Part shown: in pieces, positions 36,405-51,400 of the stretch
Position numbering within the stretch: position 1 is the first letter of the stretch
Layout of the letters: each line of letters starts with the position of its first letter
Origin: Pocillopora damicornis
Taxonomy: Eukaryota
Assembly (NCBI RefSeq): GCF_003704095.1
Contig: NW_020844262.1
Location: 186,028-250,000, forward strand
Direction of reading: 5' to 3'
Length of the DNA stretch: 63,973 bases
Notes under the pieces: model-generated
What the model was told of the DNA's origin: nothing
Seen by the model: the letters and a program-made list of their open reading frames with translations, nothing else
Databases searched by the model: none
Program-made: the position numbers and the translations under genes

Positions 36405-39400
36405 CTATCTTCCCTGTCGTTTCACCAGCTGACTTTTCAAAAATTGTCGTAACTCTGCGGTACACGAAGAAATGACGTCCTACAAAAGAAAAAAAAACGA
36501 AGAGAGAAATAAGACTAGATTTACATCAAGAAGCCCAGAACATACAAAACTCCAAGAATATCAGAAACAACAGTAATAATGGGAAGGATACTCTTTAAAT
36601 GCTTGCCATTATAACTAACCTCCTCACGAACATTCCCCCTTCACCCCACCCCCACTCCTACCCCCATAAAAAGATATTCCAGATACCTTGGTATTGGAAC
36701 ATCCAAGAAAAAGTTGGTGATAAACCTAAAAAATTCTCACCTGGAGGAACGCGCTCAAACCAAACCCGAAGACAAATGCCCACCCTCCCCCCCTAAGTCT
36801 ATCAAATTATGATATCATATGTGTTTTGGATCCGAAGAGAGACACGGCAATCAATCATATATTCATTACTTCTTTTAATACAAATTCTTAACTCATCTTA
36901 TTTATAAACAACTTAACCTTTGATAAGCTTCTCAACTGATCCACTGGTGAAGATAGTACACAGTCACGGACAAAGTTAGTAACTTGGCGGCAGAAATCCA
37001 AGTGAAGAGGCTGGACAAACAGACAAATGAAAGATATCAACGTTAACTAAAACGTCTTTTCGCAAATGAAATTCATAACAGCAAGCCTAGAGTACCGTAT
37101 TTACCCGAGAAAAGGCACGATTCTCATCAATAGGTTTTTCCTTTTTTGCATTATTTATTCCAATTTCGTTGTTAAATGAACGAATGACGAAAGAAATATA
37201 GAAACATCATCAAATACTTCGGCGGTCTCCCTGAGTCTTACAGGTGGCTACACATTTTTCTTAAAAAATCTGTGGCACCGAAAGCAAGTTAACTTTAAGT
37301 GCATTTCGAACTAAAAACAGGAACCAATACTAGATGGAATATTCAGATGACCTCTAAGTCGTAATTTCCTTCATATCAGTGGCTGAGTCAAGAAAAGTGG
37401 CCTCACTCACCGAAAAGTCAGCAGCCATATTTACCACGCCGTTCAGACACTCTTTCCGAAGAAAGACAAACGAGTTGTACATACACAGGCTGACTGTCAA
37501 AAAACCGCTGATCTTTGTTGCCTACACACATATGATAATAAAGTTGTTTAGAAATACTATGCATCCTTGAATAATATCATTTTCATATTTTTGTTTTTGT
37601 TTTTACCATGCAGGTAAGTGGATCAGAATGATCCAAGGATGACTAGTTTCCCTTGATAGGGACGTTGATAACAATTCCTACAACTCTGGTTAACCCATTC
37701 CATTTCACTCCAAGGAATGATAAGTACAAAGTATACAGATTTATCTCAAAATTCCAATGCATTGTCAAGCAATCAAATCGTAAATAAAAAGATTGTCCGC
37801 TGGGTGATGTTGTTCGATAGAGGAACTGAATTCACAGGAATAGCATGCATAACTTACATTAAGTAATTTACGGCAACCAGGTAAAAGAATCAGTAATGAA
37901 AGTAAAGTGAGCAACAGAGCTTCACTGATTAGCGGGGGAAAAAAGCCAATTTCGTCTGGGCTTCTCTTCAGTGAAAAAACGAAAATGGCAGGCTTGAGGA
38001 ATTTCCACTGTTAGACGTGTAAAAAGGAGTTTGGGAATGCTGCGGCGCACATTCATTAGATAACATTGAAACGATAGAAGTATACAATAGTATAATACGT
38101 GCACAATACCTCCTGTAATGCCTCATTGGGAAAGTTTGCAAAAAAGCTGTAAAATAAAGCGAGAAGATGAAGCAAAAGAGGTCTCCAAAAACTATGCAAT
38201 TAAAAAGATTACCAATGTATTGAAAAAAGAGGAGAAGGACTTTGTCACGCCACAAGCAACCCCAGTCTACGGACTTAACAATTTCACTCATTTTGCCCAA
38301 TCATGTCGGCAATCATGCACTGTCGCGATTGACAATTTTCCATTTCGATATTATATAATTCCACACCGATTTGGACTCTTCTCACTCTTTCTATAATTCC
38401 AATTCATATAAAGTCTGTTATTGCGTTTTCAAGATCATAAACAGAGCACACGATATTATGTTTAAATAACATAGCACAGACCTGAAAAATACAGCTGGGT
38501 AAAGCCTGATCAGCTGCTCGTTGAGAACCAGCGATCTGTACAAACATTAAGAGACATAAATGGTAAGCCAATTCATATAAAAGGTTCACGATCTCTTCAA
38601 GACAATGGGTTGCATACCTTAGAGAAAGGAGTACTTCTCTGAATTCGCCACTTTCCTCTACGATAAGAGAAACAAAAAGGATACCGTTATGTGGGAAAAC
38701 GTATTTTGGATAGCAATCCCTAGTTGTTCACAACTGGAGTTAATCATAAACCTTTCTCGGAGTGATGATTCGCAATTTAAGCAACTGCGAAGAGAAATCT
38801 TTATACGCACTGCTGGGATCAATTTTTTATCATTCCATTCAATTTCTACAGTGTATATGAACTCTTTCGCAGTCATAATTTCACTTTATCTCTTTCACGC
38901 AGCAACATATGAGTCTGCAATGCCCTTCTTCCGTTGCTATTAGCTTCATAGGTTAGTTTCTAACCCTTTCATCCTTAAAAGTGAACAAAACCTCCTAACA
39001 TAATCAACACATATTTAGCAAGAAGGTAATAGGAGGTAAGAAAAATGTTAACGAAAGAATGTTGTTTGATTTATCGCCAAATTCTCAGATCAAAACTTGT
39101 AAGAAAACTATAGCAAATAGTGAGGAGAATTGATCTCTAAATCTTGGGAGTGAAAGGGTTATAAAATCGCACCGAATGATGAAGTCACAGGTAAAAATCC
39201 AGCAGAAATTGTGAATTCTTAGAGGGGTCGGTACGGTATTAAATCATTAAGTATTTAAGCTTATTAACCTTAATTTGGTCTCTAAATTGGTAATTCGGAC
39301 TTACCGATTCTGAACACGAATAGCGTCTTTGGGAAAGAAGTGAATAGTTTCTACAATAAAATAAAATTCGCTGTTTTAAAAACTAGAAGAAATTGTGCAT

Positions 39401-42400
39401 AGAATTTAGACATTAAGGAAAGACGAAAGAGAGAATTCTGAGTTTCCCACAAAAAATTGAGCCCCAAGCTTTCAGGATTTTTTCCGGTAGTCCTTGATTC
39501 TAGCCTTAGTTGTACAAGGGGCACATAAGCCATGATCCAGCTGACAAATTGCTATTTACTATAACTGAGCGTAATTTGGTTTTTTTAACACTTCTACATG
39601 ATGGAAACTTACCCAAGCAGAGTCCCTCAGAGCTTCGTTCTTACAAATCTGTTAAAATTAGGCCATAAAAATAACATGCATATCATTAAATTTACATTTA
39701 CAATACATGTAAGAAAATAACTTCAACTGACTGCCCCACCACGCTATGCATGTTTTCTATACCAGATATTCCCAGTAAGCGTGTTTATTTCTTCTGAGTC
39801 GCTGTCGTACTTTATTACGTCCATTTTGAAATCAATGATGATCTTAATTATCTGATTGGCTCTAAGAAATGCGATTCATTAACCATCGCATCAATATTTG
39901 CTCTGGAACACTTTCTTTTAATCTCAGGCGTCTTCCAACTATATCGAAAGTTTTAAGACGTTGATCCTTTAAATAACCTTTGTAGGAAACTGTATCAATG
40001 TCATCGGGGATAGTCTCCGAACACAGACCTTAATGTCTAAGATCTAAATATGATGCATAAATTTCCGATTTAAAATTCTAGAAAAAAAACGGGGTGTTAT
40101 GACAAAAAGAAAAAAAGAATCTATCAGTTAACTACGAACCTCGTCGCCATGAAGAATCAACCGTGAAAATTCTGTCATGATGCAGTCAAATAAACACACA
40201 GCGACCTACAAAATTTCGTGAAAATTAAAATAAACGTTATTCGGTAAATGTGTGTCACTTTAAGAAATGTCAGAAAGAACATTGTTTGGATGAATTTAAA
40301 GCATATCGTTAGAATGTTCTTGAAATTGTGAAATTAACCATTTAAAGCGCTCACCTTCCGCATAAACTCTGTAGGACGTTTACTTTCTTGAAGGAATATC
40401 TTCATCACTTGACTAAAACAAAAGATACAGAAACAGTCTGAAAAAGCCGTTTACAAGCTGCCGAGCATATTGGTTCAAACGTTAGACAAGATTGAGCTAC
40501 CTGTTCAGAGTATAAAGATTAACAGCGATAAACGATGCCACCAAATTCACGTCCACATGATCCAGATCTTCCAAGGAAACAGGTTGGGAGGTTTCAACTC
40601 TGCGCAAGAATAATGAAAACTGAACATAAGCACAAAAACCAACTTTGTAACACGAGAATCTCTGTTTTGATGGACTGGTCTTGATTGAAAACATTTCAGT
40701 GCTTATACATCGATTGATGTAACAGCATACAGATCGCGTGTCACATATGAGCATAGAATATGGCCAACAAGTTCTTTGAAGGTGATTGATACAGCATCAC
40801 CCGAGGAATCAAATAGTCTGAAGTTCAAATTCCCTGAGGGAAGGAGGGCAGTGTGGCGTCAAACCGTTTTTTTCTCAGCCCCACACGCGTTATAAATGGT
40901 TAACATCTCTCTTTTTTCATCAGTCTGAGAATTATGTTTTATTCGCCTGGCAAAGTAATTTTGCTTATGCTTGAGTTCAGTATCTAACACATTCCCTAAG
41001 GGCACTGAATTTAAACATCGTAATACTTTTACATTGTTAGTAAGGGTGCACTCAAATAAACCCTAGATACTATGAACAAACCTGTTTTTCCAGTTTAAGA
41101 GTAACTCAGCCTGGTTTAGTGACCCATGTGTAGTAACATCAACTTGGGTTATGGCCAAAGGTCTGAGCTGTTTCCAGTAATACTTACAGGAAAACAAAAT
41201 ACAGATTTAGCCGAGCCGATTTAAAAGCAGAGAATACGATCGCAACGACTTTATCACGAGACGATGCAATTTTTCGCACTAATGAACAAGTCAGGCCAAT
41301 TTTATCGATTGAGCGAGTTTATTCTATTTTCTCACTAAGGCGAATCTACTATAATTAGAAATCAAAGCAAACCTGCAACTTTAAAAGATAATGAGGGAAA
41401 AAATGGATATATCATGGATGTTAAATTCAGTTGACGTGAGGTTGGGACAACGGAGATTAAGCTTTCCGTAATCGGTCGAACGCAATGCAGGAAAATATTG
41501 AGTTTTTCTGGCTGTTCTGTTCTTAATTTTCTTCTCTCGACAAAGTCGAACTTGGAATTTTACAAACAGTGTTCTGTAGAAACTCACCAGAGTAGAAGCA
41601 AAAAACAAGGGACAATCCGTCATAAACTTCGACAAAAGCTGAGGGTTTCTGTAGAAAAAAGTTAAGGCAAAGAAAGTGCTGTACACATACTGATAATTCA
41701 CTCTGTTGGGCCTCATCCCGATTTCGATGGCATTATCAAACTAAGAGTTTTTTCACCTCTCCTACATAAGAGTCTAGTCCATAACCGGTTACTGCTCAGT
41801 TTTCTTTCCAGGTTCCTCTTAAAGTTGACAGGTACCTATTTTACTCGTGAGTGGAGAGGGGCGCAGAGAGAGTAAAGTGTGTCTCCATAGAACACAACAT
41901 AACTTTCCTGCGGCATCGACGGAACTTTCAATTAGAAGTCCACCCTCACTCCCCGCTCTCTTGATCACAAAGTCAACGAGTCTTTAAGATTGTACTTAAT
42001 AAGTGATGTCTACAGTTTGTTGTACTTCGGAATAAAATAAAACAAAATCAACAGTGTTTATCATACCGTGATTCATGGAATGGTCTCCTAGTGAAAGTAA
42101 GCCAAGCCTTGGACAAAAAAAGGCAAATTAATATATCACACGACCGTGACACTGCTTCGCGTTTTTATGATTACAAGGAAATTTAATTTTTTTTTTTTTG
42201 CTGCTGTTGTTGCTTTGCTTTTTTTTCTGGGGGAGAGGGAGAACACTTTTACGAGCTCTTAAATACATCATCTACAAATCGATTCATAAAGGAAAACAGG
42301 CTGACACAGGTACCTTGAAAATGAAGAGCGTAACATCAAAGGGAAGACAGCAATTGTCACTTATGTAAGGTCTCTAAGAAAGTGGGGGAAGAAAAAAGTG

Positions 42401-45400
42401 AGAAAATCCGTTAGTCCACAGCAAATATAAAGCAAGTTTCACTTGAATCTATTTTCTAACAGAGCAGGCGTTTAACCAGGGAAAGACGACCGCTCATTTA
42501 TCAGTAGTATGCCATCACTGCAAGCTAACACTTACTAGATACGCGTTGATAAAGTTTATCACGTGCGTAATTGATTGAGTGTCAAGACTGGAATCCATCT
42601 GATCAGCGAACAGAAGAAACGGAGGAAGATGCATGGCAAGACTGAAAATCAAACAAACGAAGTAGAGATCATTTAATGTTATGCCATAGACTGCATTTGG
42701 ATTGGGTGTCTCAAAACTTGGAGATATGTTATAACAATGGTCGAACAAAACAAGGTAAGACACTCAAGGAAACTGAAATTGAGACCTAAACGTTATTGGT
42801 TTTCAGTTATTTTTGTGACCTGACTGGTTTAAAAGGAAGCGCGCGTTTTCTGGACCAAGCGCGGTGAAGCAAAACGAAAGCAATCGCAGATTATTTTAAA
42901 TTTGGCATTCCTTTCAAAAATTTCTCAGACCCAGTGAATATCTTAGTACAATAAAGTTGTGCGGTTCTTACTTCATACATGACACCACAACAGAACTATT
43001 CAGAAGCTCATTATTTTGCGCTCCTCCATTCTGGTTCTTAGCACCTGATTGAATCTGTCAGAGAAATAACACATATTACCCCTCTTTGTTAACCCAAAGG
43101 TCTTTTCGTAATCTTGGAAAATCACACTAAACCAAGAACCTGCAAAGATTTCAACCATATGCCGTTGATACAACATCTAAATAGGTTAAGAGAGACGCAA
43201 CTTTTCAGAGAGGTCGTCGTCGAATGAAAAAAGATGTTCAAAATTTATTACAGAAACAGTTTGCCAAGAAAAATTAAAAAGAAAAACAAACGAAATACAA
43301 AAAGATAAACTTAGATTAACAAGGACTGAAAAGAACGAATATTTGGTGAAAGCAGAAGCCACAACGAAAGTTTCAAGTAAACTAACATTTAAATTAAGGG
43401 TGTAAGTTTCGAAAGAACAATTCTCTTTACGGTGTACCATTCACATTATCAACTCAGTTGATAAAAGCAAAACTAATTTTATCTCCTTCGATTTCAAAAC
43501 GCTGTGAAAAAGAGCTAAAAAATATTTTCATGCACCGTATGGAGGGTTTTAAGAGCAGCTTTCAAGGTCTTGGTTGTGATGTGAAACCTTATACACATTT
43601 ACCTTTTCCAGTCTGGAGTTGAACTGTTCAAGCAGCCAAGATCCGCGCCAATTCTTCCCCGACGGAGCTGAAGTGTTGTCATTTGAGTGCTGGGAAAGCA
43701 TTGGGACGAGTTCCTACAGGGAACGAACATGATAAATTTGTCTTAATCACACGTAACGTGTAAATCCTTATAATTCTACATCCTCTCTTTGCTTTTTACA
43801 TTGAATGAACGTTGTCCGATATGGCGGGTAAAATTAATATTTCACGTAAGGAAAATTCTCCAGTGCGAGGAGAGAAATCTTCCAGATAGCATTCATATGG
43901 AGCCTTTACCTCCCAGAAGTGATTAACATGTCACTTCTCCCTAAAATATCCATACATTACTCAGCAAACAGGTAATGAGAAAACTCAAAATTAACAATTA
44001 GAAGTTGCTATCTTGTTTCTAAGACCAAATTCATATAACTAAGTTACAAGAAAGTGTGTGGTAGTTAGTGGGCAGAATTAACAATCAGATCTTGGGAGTT
44101 AAAGAAGAACTTACAACCGACTAAATCACTTTAAATTAACTTGAAAATGACACCGGAGAATAAGAAACAATCGAATGAAGGAGAGTCAGCGATCTTTTTA
44201 CAGTAAGCAAAGATTCCGATCGTATTTTTGCTTCTAAATTCAACCGTTTTCTCCATCTAAATCATTTCATTTCCACCGCTGCGTATCAACAGTATTTGTT
44301 TGACTGATGATGCAATCATCAAACGAACTTGGACTACCTATGATCCCTACCCAAGGATACACAGCTAAAATAATTTCGCTGGTCAGAAATCAAATCCAAC
44401 CCATTCTTTGCAGAGTTAAGCGTGTGGAGAATTAGGCTACAGCACAGGACGCATATAGATTAAAACAGATATTGGGTTCCGCCTAGAATATTAAAGCTTG
44501 CCAGAGTATGATTTAGAAGATAAAAGTAATGTTACACTACCTGTAACAAATGAATCATGTCTTTTCGACTAACCTCCACATCATTTGGTTGTTGTGTAAA
44601 CCTAATAAGTTAAAGAGATGCCAACATTATCATTCCAGCACCATCCGGCGTAAAAATTGTAAGAAAGATAAAATAAGTAATAAAGTGCACACGTCACGAT
44701 TGCATGTCTCAGGGGTCAACTGAATCAACGAGATGGGGCTGCGCTGCACTTTTCGAGTGAATTCAGTTGGAAATAAGGTCATATACGACCCTTTTGCTTT
44801 CTGTGTTAACTCTTTAATTCACTACTGAAGGACAGATAAGACTTCTATACTGGTTTTTCCCAGACATCTAAATTAAAATAAAATCTGTGAATCACCTGTG
44901 TTCAAAGTCGAGAAGAGCATGAAAAATAACGGAACACACTTTCCTTGCAGAGCCGTCACAGCCACCCTGTGAGGATCCCTGGGGTAGAAAGTGGTCCAGT
45001 ACTCTGTACTGATGGTAAATGCGCCTATCAAATATGAGAAAGAGAGCCAAACAGAAGGACAATCATCTTAAGTTAAACTTAGTATTTAAGGTATATCACT
45101 AAAAGATAGCACGATCGATAAGCGAGTTTGGTGCCCTAGTTTCAACTGAGTTCAAGAAAAAAAAACCTTAAAAAGAATTCACTCGTACGTCCTTGAGGTC
45201 ATTCCTCTCTCGATACAGCCCACTGAATCAAAACAGACAAGACATAATGTGCTAATGAAGGAAAGTTGAACTGAAACATCGTTTTCAGAAGTAAAAAATC
45301 ATATCAAGAGAAGATCATCTTTGTATTTGTGCGTGAACAAGGACAATTTTAAAATCACAGGGGCATTTGAAGGATCGCATATTTATTCGCTTTCTTTTTC

Positions 45401-48400
45401 ACTTCTTGCGCAAGATTAGTAAAAAGGAAAAGAGTATGATAATAGTAACGGATTATTGGTGAATGCAACAAGAATAGCAACAACTAGTTTTGTAAAACCT
45501 AACTACGTATTTATACAAGTAAGTAGCATCAAAAGAATATATCTGTATTTATACTCTCTTGGTAGCTGTCATACAAGGATTACATCAAGTTTCACTCTTA
45601 ATTCAGATTACCTGTCACTTTCAGGAAGAAAATCATCTCTGGCAGAGATACTGAGTTCCAATATACACCACTCATAAAAACACAACTGAGGGGAAAAAAC
45701 ATCGTAATATACAGCTCAATAAGATTAGGTTGCCAAATCCTGGCACGTCCCAGACATGCCAATAAAGATCGAAGTACTTTTTAATTCACATACGTCAAGT
45801 GTTACCAGTCAGTGACCATTACTACTGGAGGCTCCACTCTCTATAGCATGAAGCAACTGAAAGTGTTACTCTTCCCCCTAGTTGGCATGCTAATCNNNNN
45901 NNNNNCCCCCCCCAGCTAAGTAACCACTGGTCAAATGCTTTTTACACGAAGTGGCTCGTAAGCTGTATGAACAACCTACAGACGATATGTCAGTCCTTCC
46001 CAGGATGCATCACATTTCCAAATGATCGTTATAAGGGTTCAGCACTCAATTGGACCTTTCGATAGAGACAATACAATTTCTGTCTCTAGCTACATTCACC
46101 CTTTAAAGAAGAAGAATAATATAATTAGTTTTATAATACACAGCTATGTTGTCCAGAATGTGTCCAAAATTGAGAAGTTTTGTTTTCGTTTGGTTTGTTT
46201 GCTATTTATGATAATTTTCCATTTACACGATGAGGAAGTGTGTAAGACATGTTTATTTTGCTACATGCGCATGGATACCTCTCCTCCTTTCTCCCGCAGT
46301 TCCTGAAACTTTTGTAGAGAGGTCAAATTCTTCACAATAGATAAAAGGTCTGAATGAAAAAAAAGTACCATGATCAAATGAAGAAAATTTCTACTGGCAG
46401 GTAGACTATTCATTCTCTAAATGGCTGAGAAAATTAAGTTTGTCACAGTAACCGTTAATAATTACGGCAATTTTAGTTATTTTGCTTTTACAAAGTACTG
46501 TTCTTTGTTTAAGGCAATAAGTGAGTTTTGCATTTCACAGTTGTAAAGTCAGCTCACCTGAATCAAGCGCTGGTTTAAAGAAAAGCCTTTGTCCGTGTAC
46601 ATTCAAGCGATGAAAAAGGTAGAACATCTGGTACAAACAGAAGATCTAAGGTTACCAAAAGAGGCACAATTCTCCAAACATTTTGTGAGACTTAATTAAT
46701 GGTAACTTTTTAACATCAGTTAACAATAGTCGACGTCAAGGTCTTCATTGGGTTCTATAACCTTGCAAAATCGGGGGAGGTTTCCTCGCAAATCTTAATA
46801 ATTCCAGAAGCAATGTAAAAACAGTAAGAAAGGTAATAAGGAGCTCTTCAATCGAGAGTTGTGACACAAAAACCAGAGTAATCACAACTAGTAACGAGCA
46901 CAATAGAATTCGTTTTCATTAGAACAGGTATTACGGGAAAGTCAATTTAAAGACATATACACTGCTGCCTTAAGCGCGGCAAAAGAAGGCTGACCAGGTC
47001 GCAGTCTGATAGGTTAATTTCTAAACCAATTACTTGCAAAAGGAAGGCAAAACCAATAAATCTCAGTTCACTTTTGACCCTCATTTGAAAACGGAAGGGT
47101 CTAAGTTTTCAATAACTTGAGTAACAACTGTATTACCTTTTGTAGCATGACTGAAGACAGATAGCCAGTAGATTCTACAATAAAACAGTGAGTGATTAAT
47201 GAAGAGAAAGCTATCATTGAGAACAGAAAATGAGCCTCCTAACTATGAAAATGAAGTAAGAATGAAAATTTTAGGAAAATACTTAAAAAAAAGTTAATAG
47301 CGTCGCTCAAAACAAAATGTTATCAAGTTTGTTAGTTTTTTCTCTAATTTTTTAGGGGGAGAGGAAATGGGGAATCAGTCCTTTCACACTCAGAAGTACT
47401 ACGAATTTATATCTAGATCGAAGGAGCAAAAGGATTAAAGGGAACCTTTCCTGACTCGAAACCTTCGTACAAAGTTGCCCCTTCCCTGAATTAACAATTC
47501 CTGGAAATAAAAGGTGATTCGTGCATCTTGAAAACATTTAGCCTAAATTTCGTGAATTTTTCGGATCGTTAAACATCCTCGTCCGCATGCTATATTGTTT
47601 CCCTCCTTTGTTCTCTATTGCCCAATTTTTTTTAAAACTTACATCCGTACCAAAAAGAACTTAGACAACTGCTGCTCCTTCGAAAACGATTGCGAGGAAA
47701 TCCCTTGTAATCTCAATCAGAGAATGAACAACCTACCTCCAGTGTTGGCGTCTATCTCTGCCGTATTTGAGGTGAACACTTTTAAGGCATGCTGCACATA
47801 AGAGCATGAAAACCTATTCAATAAAATACAACATAATTTTTGAGATGGTACGTTTTTGTTTTGCCATCCGTCTTCAAAAAGAGTAGTTCATGATAAAAAT
47901 CGTGTTTCTCCCGATATGAGATTTAAAATTGAGATTTCTTAAGTGCCCTGAAGCGCCAAGCGCCAGAGCCGTGGAAACGAGTGGTAAAACCGCGAGAGGT
48001 TTGGGACGGTTTTTCCCACTTGCAGCTTAGCCTCTCACCGCTTTTAAAGCGTTCACGAGCCGGTAGCAACGCAGCTCCATGCTTCGAACCCTAATAGCGA
48101 TTTCCACAGACAGAAGACCTTTTCGGGGATACTCTCCGATCAGACTGTACCATAGACAGTTTGTTACTTGGTATAACATGTTTAAACCGAAGCAAGAAGC
48201 TTATATTCCCTGTACCTCAGATAAAAGTACATCCAGCGCCTTGAACAGATAGGAATATGCTCACAAAGCGAATTGAGAAAGGAACAAATCTAAAGAACAA
48301 AAGAAAAAAGATGAAAGGATGGTTTTTTATGGAAGACATTTTTTGAAATTTTACAACAAAAACGAATCAAATTTAAGTCACTCATAAAAAAAGTTAAAAA

Positions 48401-51400
48401 TAACGAAACTTCATACTTGTTACACCTCAAATTTGGGGGCACCTCTACGTATAAAACACAAACTGCCATTCCAACTTTTATTTATTAGTCACTTTTATTT
48501 TCCTTCCAACCCCTAGGGTGCCTTTTAAACGGATGTTCGATTCTATTATTTTTTACACAGTGGAAATGGAAAGGAATCAGTAACAGTTTTGATACAAAAC
48601 TGCGCACAACGTATTTCAAGTAAGAAAGAGATTTTCCGTAATAAAGTAGCCAATACTAATAACAAAGAGTTTTAAGGCTGCAGCAAAAAGAGCGATATAC
48701 ATTTTCTTACAGTTGTGATCTCGGATGCGTTCCTTCCTGAACGATGTGTAACTCCTTGGAGAAGAACTGGAAGTAGAGTCTTTTGATTTGCACACAAATA
48801 ACACAGAAACACAGCCAAACCGCGAGTTTCTTCATTCGTTACCGACGAACCCTGTGATGGAACATCATGCAAACCACGGAAATGACGTTTTAATCAAAGA
48901 AGATTATACATGTCCAGGAAGACAATGAAGTTATTGGAGCGCATATGGAATGAATGACGTAAAACTAAAATCAACGTATTAAAAACTGATGATCAAAGAA
49001 AAGAGAAAGAGAAATTTCCGCGAAAGTCAAGGGAAGTCAAAGCAAAAACAGGCAAAAGTGTGAAGCGCGGGAAAACGCGGGTGACCAAGACGCGATCAGT
49101 TCTATCATGCATTTAATTGGTCGAGAATAGACCAATCACAGAGAGAAGTAAAGCAAAGACTAAGTAATTTCAAATCAGTAAAGTCGCCAGTATTTAAATT
49201 TAGGTAACATTTGCGTCGTTCACTGCCATATGCAACTTGTATGCAAAAAAGAAACAAGAATAAAATTTCGTTGCAGTTTTGTTTAATTTTGATAGTCAAC
49301 ACTTTCTGTTTGAATGAAAGATTTTTTCTGCACCATACCTAAACATAAACAGGAAATTCCGAACAGACGTTGAACCTTCAAAAGCGCCACCGCTTAGTTA
49401 CTCTTCACGATTGGGGATTTACTGAATTATTTACAGTGTAATAACCAGAAGTATATATTGACCAACCTCGTAACAACATTTCCTCCATAATTGACAATAT
49501 AAGTTTTTGTGAAGCGGTGTTATTGATGAAAACATTGCTACAAATTGAGAAGCCCAATAATACCTGTTTATACAATAAAGACAACGTGTCATTTACTTTC
49601 AAGGGTACGACGAGAACATCAAATCACAAAAGATTATGGCGTGTTATTAGAGCAGCATTATATCACACACCGGTCTCACTATATGGGTCACAGTCCTCAA
49701 TTAGTTCTCTTAAATCTACGCTTGAATCTGCGAGCTAGTGATTTATGTTCACCGAAATGGGGAAACGGGGAAGGTTTTGAATTAGAGTCACAGGGATAAG
49801 AAGTAATCCGTATATTGTGCTTTTCAAATGAACGTTATGGAACAAACATCACAGTAATTACCACAGCCAACACCAACAAATGACACGATTATAAAAAAAA
49901 AACAAAAAAACAAAACAAAACAGACAAACAATAATGAAAGCTTAAAGAAAACACCTCGAGCACGGGAAAACGCGGATTATTAAGGTGTTGCATCTGATTG
50001 ACCGTGAAGTCGGCGCGAGTCTGGACCAATCACAGAGCACGGGGAAGAAAAATAAATGCTATCGCAGATAAGTGTAAACGCTCAATCGAAAAGTTCTGTG
50101 TTACAGAGCTTCGCTCGCCCAGTTTCAGAGGGCACTGTGAGGTTTACCTCTTTAAAAGATCCAACGATTCCGATGCGTGACTGCTTACAGCATCGCATGT
50201 TTGACAAAATGCATCCAGCAAAGTATTAACAACCTTTAAAGCAAAACATAGATATAAAAAAAGAACAACTCTTTGACCCATGCACTGGTGGAAATTATGT
50301 TTTCCATGCACGGTGACTAAATCACTTATTTCACAAGTTTAATCCTTTTTTTCCAAAGATTTCATAAGTAGTTCTGTTCTACTTTTTGTCTGGCACACAA
50401 TCCTTACAATGTTAATTTAGAGAATTTGGTATTAGGTCAACAAATAATCCCCTAATTTATAAATTTGTTCATTCAAAGTACTTATATACTTGATATTGTA
50501 AAGAGAAATTCTGTCTTGGTCACTCATGGTAGTTACAGGGTTAAATAAGCGTTTACATTATTGATAACATCATTGTATTGTAATAACAATTTACCAACCG
50601 GGTCAGTGCAAGTTGCTTCCATTTCGCTGACATCTAGTTCTACAAGCTGATTGGGTGACTGAGTTTCTTTGTTCATCTTTATCATTGAGTGTATAGTTCC
50701 AGAGATAATTGACAACTGAGATGATATTCTCCCTGCAAAAACAAACAAAGTGCGAATAGTGCCATAAGACCATTGGACTGAATAAAATAGCTTTCAAAAG
50801 CCAAGAACAAGAAACCTTTAAAGGTGAATACTTCAAAACATGAACCTCATCATATGATATGTAAGTTTTGATAAATATAGCTCCCACAAAATCGCGATAT
50901 AAACGTGTACATTATGCTACAGTGGAATCACCTGAGTGTCTGGAAACATCGGTTCCTTTCAATGACTCAGTGACGAGCTTAGTAAATTTCTCTACAGATT
51001 TTACAAGTTTTTCCATGCCACTCAAAGTCCCTTCGTCTTCTGAAGAACTCACTAAAAAAAACATACACACACAAATAAAATCAGAAAAGTACAAAAATCA
51101 TCAAAAGGTTGCAAAAGTTATTGGGTGTTGGCCACTCACATGGCCTTGTTAAAGTTGATTCGAGAGAGTTGCGAGCAATGCAACTGACAACTGCATACGA
51201 GACAAACCAAAGGGAAAACTGATACTAAGTAAAAAAAGATGGTGGAGACTAGGGACAGACTAGCTTGAACACCACGCGTGCAAACGGAAGGAACCAGGAG
51301 TCTGTTCAGGAACTTTATTTCACTCCCTGAGACTCTGTCTCACTTCTACTGCTTCAGCTCTTAGTACACGCTCTTAAATTATTTATTGGTGGGCATTTTT

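Noticed and set aside
39978-40043. In-frame 66-nt candidate extra FANCA exon
   Set aside because: Weak acceptor and no recognisable FANCA similarity; left out pending RNA evidence.
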